Of a stretch of 64,000 nucleotides of DNA, positions 58,223-64,000 are shown one piece after another; positions within the stretch are counted from its first letter, which is position 1; each line of letters opens with the position of its first letter. The stretch is from IMG/VR virus record IMGVR_UViG_3300032223_001832, positions 1 to 64,000 of that record, one strand, 5' to 3'. The translations under genes and the position numbers were made by a program. This DNA is from a virus. The notes beneath the pieces are model-generated. The model saw nothing but the letters and a program-made list of their open reading frames with translations, did no database searches and was not told where the DNA came from.

Positions 58223-60256
58223 ATGTCATTGTCGTTCCGCTTAGGTGAGGACTTCCTAGCAGGATACAGAGGGAAGAAAGTGCCTTGGGGTTACCAAGAT
58301 GCGGCTGGCAATTCGGTGGGAGAAATTACTTTTCTACGAACATACTCTCGACTTAAAGAAGATGGAACCAAGGAGACTTGGACAGATGTATGCGAGCGAG
58401 TCATCAATGGTATGTACTCCTTGCAGAAAGACCACGCGAAGTTAAACCGTCTTCCATGGTCAGACGCTAAGGCTCAAGCTTCAGCCAAAGAAGCTTTTGA
58501 CCGTCTGTGGAATCTCAAGTGGACTCCGCCAGGACGCGGGCTTTGGGTTATGGGAACCCCTCTCGTAAATGAACAGCGCAATTCAGCCGCCCTTCAAAAC
58601 TGTGCTTTTGTCTCTACGAACTCTATGACTAAGAACGACCCCGCTAAGCCTTTTGCTTTCCTAATGGAAGCCTCAATGCTTGGTGTGGGAGTTGGTTTTG
58701 ACGACAAGGGCGCAGATAAAGACTTCACTATCTACCCTTGCGAAACAGGAGAAAATTATGTCATCCCCGACACCCGAGAAGGCTGGGTCGAATCAGTTGC
58801 CGCCCTCATCAATGCCTACCTTAAGCCAGATACGAAGTGCCCTGTATTTGACTACTCAGAAATCAGACCTGCGGGTACTCCGATTAAAACCTTTGGAGGC
58901 ACAGCCGCGGGACACGAACCGCTAGAGCGTCTTCATAACCATATCCGACGAATCTTTGGTGCCCGAGCTGGTGAGAAGCTGACTCGTGTAGATATTGCTG
59001 ATATTGGTAATCTAATAGGAGTTTGCGTAGTTAGCGGGAATGTACGCCGCAGCGCTGAGCTTCTTATGGGCAGAATCGACGACGCAGACTTTCTTAATTT
59101 AAAGAATGCCTCTGCCTTCCCTGACCGTAACTCCTACGATGCCAAGGCTCCTGGATGGGCTTGGATGTCTAATAACTCTGTTGAAGTCTCTGTTGGACAA
59201 GACCTCTCAGCAATCGTAGATGGTATCGCCCGCAACGGTGAGCCTGGGGTTATTTGGATGGATGTGTCTCGTAAGTACGGTCGCTTGGCTGACCCAGAGA
59301 ACAACAAGGACTGGCGCGTTATGGGTTACAACCCTTGCGCTGAACAATCTCTTGAATCTTTTGAGTGCTGTACTTTAGTTGAAACTTACCTTAATCGTCA
59401 TGAGAACTTAGAAGACTTTAAAAGAACTTTGAAGTTTGCTTATCTCTACGCTAAGACTGTTACTCTTTTGCCTACCCACTGGGAAGAAACAAACGCAATC
59501 ATGCAGCGTAACCGCCGTATCGGAACTTCAATCTCTGGTGTAGCAAACTTTGCTGATAACAAAGGTCTCCCTGTCCTTCGTACTTGGATGGATGAGGGAT
59601 ACAAGGTTATTCAGGGATACGACAAGGGCTACTCTGAGTGGCTTGGTATCCGCGAATCAATCAAAACCACAACGGTAAAGCCTTCGGGAACTGTCTCTAT
59701 CCTTGCAGGTGAGTCCCCAGGAGTCCATTGGCCTGTTGGCGGTAAGCACTTCCTTCGTGCTATTAGATTTGCTAACTCTGACCCTATGTTGCCTCTCTTT
59801 AAGATGGCGCAGTATCGCGTAGAGCCAGCGTCGGAATCTCCAGATACAACTTCTGTTGTTTTCTTCCCTGTGGAATCTAATGCGGTACGTTCTGAGAAAG
59901 AAGTATCAATCTATGAGAAAATGGCACTCGCGGCTCAAGCCCAACGCTATTGGTCTGATAACTCTGTCTCTGTAACTATCTCTTTTGACCCTGAAACTGA
60001 GGCTAACGCTATCGACAAGGTTCTCCATATGTACGACGGGCAACTTAAAACTGTCTCTTTCCTACCTAGCGGAAATACCGTTTATCCACAAATGCCTTAC
60101 ACGCAGATTACTGCCGAAGAATACGAGGAGTATCGCATGACTCTCTTTCCTATTGACTTCGCTGGTGTGTACGCAGGTATGGCCGCCGATGCTGTTGGCG
60201 AAGCTTACTGTACGACTGACGCGTGTGAAGTTAAGTTAATTAAAGATAATATATAA
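58223..60256 (+). CDS. nrdJ: Class II (adenosylcobalamin-dependent) ribonucleotide reductase
   Basis: 'PPGRGLW', 'LQNC', 'GNVRRSA', 'NPCAEQ', 'TTVKPSGT', C-terminal 'YCTTDAC'. Confidence 0.95.
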   Translation: MSLSFRLGEDFLAGYRGKKVPWGYQDAAGNSVGEITFLRTYSRLKEDGTKETWTDVCERVINGMYSLQKDHAKLNRLPWSDAKAQASAKEAFDRLWNLKWTPPGRGLWVMGTPLVNEQRNSAALQNCAFVSTNSMTKNDPAKPFAFLMEASMLGVGVGFDDKGADKDFTIYPCETGENYVIPDTREGWVESVAALINAYLKPDTKCPVFDYSEIRPAGTPIKTFGGTAAGHEPLERLHNHIRRIFGARAGEKLTRVDIADIGNLIGVCVVSGNVRRSAELLMGRIDDADFLNLKNASAFPDRNSYDAKAPGWAWMSNNSVEVSVGQDLSAIVDGIARNGEPGVIWMDVSRKYGRLADPENNKDWRVMGYNPCAEQSLESFECCTLVETYLNRHENLEDFKRTLKFAYLYAKTVTLLPTHWEETNAIMQRNRRIGTSISGVANFADNKGLPVLRTWMDEGYKVIQGYDKGYSEWLGIRESIKTTTVKPSGTVSILAGESPGVHWPVGGKHFLRAIRFANSDPMLPLFKMAQYRVEPASESPDTTSVVFFPVESNAVRSEKEVSIYEKMALAAQAQRYWSDNSVSVTISFDPETEANAIDKVLHMYDGQLKTVSFLPSGNTVYPQMPYTQITAEEYEEYRMTLFPIDFAGVYAGMAADAVGEAYCTTDACEVKLIKDNI

Positions 60257-60263
60257 GTTAATA

Positions 60264-60300
60264 GAAAAAGCCCCTCGCTTTCGCGGGGGGCTTTATTCTT
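60264..60300. terminator. Bidirectional terminator at the strand switch
   Basis: AAAAA-GCCCCTCGC-TTTC-GCGGGGGGC-TTTATT between convergent genes. Confidence 0.9.
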
Positions 60301-60450
60301 TGGTAGAGACTCTCTGTTCTCTTTAACCTGATAAGTGAGCGCAGGTACGGCTCTCTCTCTAACTGTGAAAAGCAAGCAAAAGCAGTTAGAAAGGTCATGA
60401 CCGCCCTTAGCATAGAAAGGCTAGATTGCTTTAACGCTCTCTTATCTCTC

Positions 60451-60714
60451 CTAGAAAAACTCGCTGAACGCGCTGTAATTGGCTTCCGCATAGGTTGAGG
60501 CGTGTGCCATCAAATCAACTACATGGTTGTCTCTCTCGCCTATAGTTCTATTAAGATACTCAAGCAAACCCTGTGCGTATTTCTCTACAAACTCTTTATT
60601 GGAAAGCAAGTTCCAGCCTTCTGTCCATTGGTGCTTCTCTCCTTTGATACCGCAAGCGCAGTTCTCTCCACAACAGGTATCTGCCATTGGCAAATCTTGT
60701 TCGTTATCGCACAT
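60451..60714 (-). CDS. Hypothetical protein
   Basis: MCDNEQ...; purine-rich RBS. Confidence 0.6.
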   Translation of the reverse strand: MCDNEQDLPMADTCCGENCACGIKGEKHQWTEGWNLLSNKEFVEKYAQGLLEYLNRTIGERDNHVVDLMAHASTYAEANYSAFSEFF

Positions 60715-60736
60715 CTCTCTCTCCCTCTCTCTCTTC

Positions 60737-60832
60737 TTATTCTTCTTCATCTTCTACCCACTCATCAGGGTCGATATTAGGAGTTGGGTGTCCCCAATCA
60801 GGTTCGGGAAGTATAGGGTCTATAAAGGACAT
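60737..60832 (-). CDS. 31-aa acidic peptide
   Basis: MSFIDPILPEPDWGHPTPNIDPDEWVEDEEE; TAATG-coupled. Confidence 0.5.
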   Translation of the reverse strand: MSFIDPILPEPDWGHPTPNIDPDEWVEDEEE

Positions 60833-61110
60833 TAGATAGCCACCTTATAAAGCACATCACCAGTAATAAGCGTAGGTTTTCCGTTGTCGTCGGTCTTTAC
60901 TATATTAAACTTCACCGACTTCTTGCCTGTAATCTCAAATACTTTAGCCTTAATCCAACGCTTTGCCGCCGAAGGGTTAGAGTGAGCTTCGTAGAAATCA
61001 AATTCGTTTTCGCCTTGATATATTTTATATCTAGTTAGCCATGAGCCACCTTTTTCGGTGTTCTTGATAATCTGAATATGAATACGGCGTTCTTCTTTCT
61101 TTATTGCCAT
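60832..61110 (-). CDS. Hypothetical protein
   Basis: AAGGA RBS. Confidence 0.7.
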   Translation of the reverse strand: MAIKKEERRIHIQIIKNTEKGGSWLTRYKIYQGENEFDFYEAHSNPSAAKRWIKAKVFEITGKKSVKFNIVKTDDNGKPTLITGDVLYKVAI

Positions 61111-61136
61111 TTAGTTTTCCTTTGTTTGTGTAGGGA

Positions 61137-61394
61137 TTACTTACCGCAGACTAGGCAAGTATTGTTTTCAGGGTTATATGGTGTGGATAGTGGTGAAGGA
61201 ACATAGTCGCTCTCTTGGTTAGGGTCAAGCGTAGTCTCAGCGCAGGTAGCGCAACCTCTCCACGCAACTTTGATACCTAACGCTGTCTCTTGCGCGTACA
61301 CATGGTCAATAGCCTTGTTACGCCCATCTATCTTGTCTCTCTCCGCGTCGTAAATCTCTTTACACTCCGCTTGTAGAGTATCTAATACGCTCAT
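61137..61394 (-). CDS. Hypothetical zinc-binding protein
   Basis: CATC...CLVCG. Confidence 0.6.
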   Translation of the reverse strand: MSVLDTLQAECKEIYDAERDKIDGRNKAIDHVYAQETALGIKVAWRGCATCAETTLDPNQESDYVPSPLSTPYNPENNTCLVCGK

Positions 61395-61591
61395 TGTTTC
61401 CCTCTGTTCATGTCTCTCCACGCTTTTTTAAGTATGGACTTATCAGGCATACTCTCCATAATTTCACCTACGACCTGTCTGCCTTTGTCGTTGATACGGA
61501 AGGTTGCTTTAAGGTTCTCATCATACTCTACTTCGATAAGACCTTCATTAAGGAGTTCTACGAGTGTCTCGTCTAATTCTTGCTCGTTCAT
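61391..61591 (-). CDS. Small wHTH-like protein
   Basis: 'LVELLNEGLIEV...FRINDKGR'. Confidence 0.6.
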   Translation of the reverse strand: MNEQELDETLVELLNEGLIEVEYDENLKATFRINDKGRQVVGEIMESMPDKSILKKAWRDMNRGKQ

Positions 61592-61872
61592 TATTGACCG
61601 CCTCTCTTGTCGTACATCTCTAACGCGTGTTCCAGCGTCTCGCAATAGTCGCCTTTGTACGGGCGTAATTCTACCTCTCCTGCCTCATTAAATACATAAT
61701 CCATATTCCATACTACGAACGGGTGTAGCGTGTTACCGCCCCTCACCGCTAAGACTACGAAGGTCTCTCCGTATTGGTAGTAGGCTTTAATAATCGTAGC
61801 ATTGTTACTCATAGTAGCGCCGACTAGGTTAGGTGTTTCTAACTCCATTAGTGCTTCTTGGATATTACCCAT
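61591..61872 (-). CDS. Hypothetical protein
   Basis: Coupled ORF, 93 aa. Confidence 0.65.
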   Translation of the reverse strand: MGNIQEALMELETPNLVGATMSNNATIIKAYYQYGETFVVLAVRGGNTLHPFVVWNMDYVFNEAGEVELRPYKGDYCETLEHALEMYDKRGGQ

Positions 61873-62026
61873 TTGTTTTCTCTCTTTCGGTCTTTACTTC
61901 TGCCATTAGTTGCTTTACATGGAGACGGCGAGCCTGTCTGTTAGTTGAGTAGGCGGTTACTGCCCCACGCTTCTTTTGATAGGGCGATAGATTACCGCCA
62001 TGAGCCTTTATTCTTTTAATTGCCAT
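61865..62026 (-). CDS. Small basic protein
   Basis: MAIKRIKAHGGNLSPYQKKRG...; fills the gap. Confidence 0.55.
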   Translation of the reverse strand: MAIKRIKAHGGNLSPYQKKRGAVTAYSTNRQARRLHVKQLMAEVKTEREKTNG

Positions 62027-62027
62027 G

Positions 62028-62330
62028 TTATGCCTTCTCTCTTAGTAGTTGTAACTCACGCTCTTTGCGCTTGATAGCCTTTGCTCGTCTCATTTCTCCT
62101 GTGGTAAATCCTACTTGACGGGCTAAATCATTAAATATAATTCTAAACTCATCTTTATAGGTTCGTTCTAGTACGGCTTGCGCCCTAGACTCACATTGTC
62201 GCCACGATAAGTCGGGGTTCATAGACCTAATCTTTTCTCTATTAGTCTTATGTTCCTCTCTATGCTTACTGCGTAATTGAGTGCCAGCCTTGCTGTAAGT
62301 CCTACTGCTTAGTTTTAGGTCGTATGCCAT
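62028..62330 (-). CDS. Basic hypothetical protein
   Basis: GGAG RBS before MAYDLK. Confidence 0.6.
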   Translation of the reverse strand: MAYDLKLSSRTYSKAGTQLRSKHREEHKTNREKIRSMNPDLSWRQCESRAQAVLERTYKDEFRIIFNDLARQVGFTTGEMRRAKAIKRKERELQLLREKA

Positions 62331-62632
62331 TGGTAAGACTCCATATTCATATAGATTATCTCTCCCTCTTGTTGAGCCATTTCCTCTAGGGCTATGGCTG
62401 TCCAATCGGGCGCGGTATATGAGTGCGTATTATTAAACGCGTCTATCTCCTCGTTAGTCGGGGCGGTAGTATCGAGCATTGTATATGGGATTTTATGCTC
62501 ATGTAAATAACTCCCGAAGGAATTAGTTAGGACATTGTGGAGTTGGTTGCGCTCTCTGCGACCGATTAGCGCGTCATGTTGAGCCTCGATAGTGATAGTG
62601 AAGGTGAGAGTTCTCTTAGGTGGTCTTGGCAT
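62315..62632 (-). CDS. Hypothetical protein
   Basis: TAATG-coupled. Confidence 0.6.
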   Translation of the reverse strand: MPRPPKRTLTFTITIEAQHDALIGRRERNQLHNVLTNSFGSYLHEHKIPYTMLDTTAPTNEEIDAFNNTHSYTAPDWTAIALEEMAQQEGEIIYMNMESYQWHTT

Positions 62633-62961
62633 TAGTTGTCCTCGCTAATCTCGTTGCCCTGCTCGTCATAGACCGATACGGCGTATGAAGCCTGAAGTGG
62701 GCTGAAGCCATGATGACTTTTAACTATGTCGTCGGCGCACTTTATTAGATAATCCTCGTCGTCGGTAGTATCAGTAAAGACCGAAGTAGTGAGCGAGAAG
62801 TAATCGCCGATAAATAATATGTTGTATGTTTCCATGTTTCCTTCCTTGACTTGGTTAGTAAAGTAATTAACTATCTCAGGGTGGGTCGCATACGCCTTCA
62901 TCTCATCTTGCGAGAGAAGTATGAAGCGGTCGCCATCAAGGTTCTTGCGTGTCTTAATCAT
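62632..62961 (-). CDS. Hypothetical protein (second in-frame start at 62835)
   Basis: RBS AGGAAG before ATG 62961 and AAGGAAGG before ATG 62835. Confidence 0.55.
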   Translation of the reverse strand: MIKTRKNLDGDRFILLSQDEMKAYATHPEIVNYFTNQVKEGNMETYNILFIGDYFSLTTSVFTDTTDDEDYLIKCADDIVKSHHGFSPLQASYAVSVYDEQGNEISEDN

Positions 62962-62980
62962 AGGCAGACTTCCTATTAAG

Positions 62981-63066
62981 GTAGCCCTGCTTAGGTACAT
63001 AGAGATATTACGATAGTATCGTGGTAGCAACCGCTCTCGCTCACGCTATACCCTAAGCAGGGTTAC
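62981..63066 (-). ncRNA. Putative structured RNA, unit A
   Basis: 15-bp closing stem 62981-62995/63052-63066 with one mismatch, plus internal hairpins. Confidence 0.45.
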
Positions 63067-63067
63067 A

Positions 63068-63282
63068 GGGTTTTGATAATCTCTTACTAACGATACAAGG
63101 AAGGCTATATGCGGTCTAGTACCTTTCACATACTAAGACAATGGCGATTTAAGTAGTCCAATCTTTTCAGCGACACAGTTACTAAGATTAGTAACTCCGT
63201 AGTATGCGTAATACCGCTAAGTCGCGCCCACACCTAACACTTATTGCCTTACAACCTATTCGTTAATAGGATTATCAAATCT
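63068..63282 (-). ncRNA. Putative structured RNA, unit B
   Basis: Closing stems 63072-63081/63270-63279 and 63085-63093/63260-63268; nested stems incl. the perfect hairpin 63177-63196. Confidence 0.55.
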
Positions 63283-63299
63283 ATTTAGTTATCAAATAT

Positions 63300-63467
63300 A
63301 TTGGTGAGACTAGGTACAGCGTTTGTCGTATCCGTTGCGGATTATAGGCTACGCCTTCCCCCGTCTTTTCTCGCGGTCTGACTATCGAGGGCTTTCTCTT
63401 TCGAGAATTGTCTCTAAGTGCTACGGCACATAAGCGGTCGGGTCTGACCTATCCTAGCCTCACCAAT
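63300..63467 (-). ncRNA. Putative structured RNA, unit C
   Basis: 15-bp closing stem 63300-63314/63453-63467 (G-U on the - strand); GAAA-tetraloop hairpin 63394-63407. Confidence 0.55.
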
Positions 63468-63476
63468 TCTATTTAG

Positions 63477-64000
63477 TTACCAACTTGCTTGGTAATAGTA
63501 GTCTAACTCTTGGTCGGCATTAGCCAATATCGAGTTAATAGTTTCTACTGTATATTCTAAGTCTTTGTAATACCACTCATCTTTTTCGGTGCTACCGAAG
63601 AAGAAACCTTCGGTCGGTGCGAGTGGGTCGTCAAGCGTAATAGCATTATTATACTTTTTTGCTTGTTGCTCTTTCCACTCGTTCAGAATCATAGTAGGTA
63701 TGTCGGCAGTATTGCTTTCATCAAGGTTAATAACCCTAGTAGTCTCGTCATTAGGTACGGCTTCACTACGATTAGCAAGCGCATTAACGCATAGGTCTCG
63801 TAGTTTTATTAAGTCGTCTTTATCAACTCTAATCCGTTGGCACTCATCTACGCCATTGGCTAACTCTCTGACGAACCACCCATGAATAGCGTTAGCCTTG
63901 CGCCAATAACCCACGCATTTAGCGACCATTACGCTACCTAAGTCGGGCGTTGGCAGGTTATCTAGCCCTGCGCTTTTGAGAGTGGCGAGATAGGTTGGAT
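63477..64000 (-). CDS. Conserved phage protein (5' truncated)
   Basis: 'YWRKANAIHGWFV', 'GFFFGS', 'YYYQASW'; the frame stays open to the window edge. Confidence 0.75.
   Translation of the reverse strand, partial: PTYLATLKSAGLDNLPTPDLGSVMVAKCVGYWRKANAIHGWFVRELANGVDECQRIRVDKDDLIKLRDLCVNALANRSEAVPNDETTRVINLDESNTADIPTMILNEWKEQQAKKYNNAITLDDPLAPTEGFFFGSTEKDEWYYKDLEYTVETINSILANADQELDYYYQASW

Noticed and set aside
60258-60491. 77-aa minus-strand ORF
   Set aside because: Overlaps the upstream gene, runs through the terminator and lacks a credible RBS.
60715-60736. (CT)n microsatellite
   Set aside because: Short purine-rich spacer/RBS on the - strand; no evidence of a phase-variable role.
62962-63030. 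N-terminal extension of ORF 62632..63030
   Set aside because: Its TTG start has no RBS and lies inside stem-closed unit A; better starts exist at 62961 and 62835.
63068-63282. Hammerhead ribozyme
   Set aside because: No CUGANGA core correctly placed relative to a GAAA.
63300-63467. tRNA or tmRNA (unit C ends ...CTCACCA on the - strand)
   Set aside because: No T-loop GTTCRA or cloverleaf spacing; the closing stem is 15 bp and the unit is far longer than a tRNA.

Overview
This window is about 64 kb of a tailed dsDNA phage genome with a contractile tail (sheath, T4 gp19-like tube, gp25/J-like baseplate). The host is most likely an actinobacterium: there is a WhiB gene and several genes look leaderless. 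The modest GC content (judged by eye, not computed) would fit a freshwater low-GC actinobacterial host. Layout on the + strand: end of the major capsid gene, head and fibre genes (1-10.6 kb); an accessory cassette built around a U32-family/methyltransferase fusion and a transporter (10.6-15.8 kb); neck, tail and baseplate (15.8-32 kb); replication and recombination (32-50.5 kb); a run of small, apparently disordered proteins (50.5-55 kb); a nucleotidyltransferase/HAD-like/TGT-like trio and a class II ribonucleotide reductase (55-60.3 kb). After a bidirectional terminator come - strand small early-type genes and a ~490-nt gene-free stretch holding three stem-closed, putatively structured RNAs. 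Best candidates for novelty: (i) the U32-hydroxylase/O-methyltransferase cassette, (ii) the tandem structured ncRNA array, (iii) a probable +1 UUU_CGC frameshift in the tail chaperone, (iv) an anti-SD pseudoknot in front of the DNA polymerase, (v) a shared N-terminal peptide tag on small proteins. All family calls come from motif recognition by eye; no searches were run.
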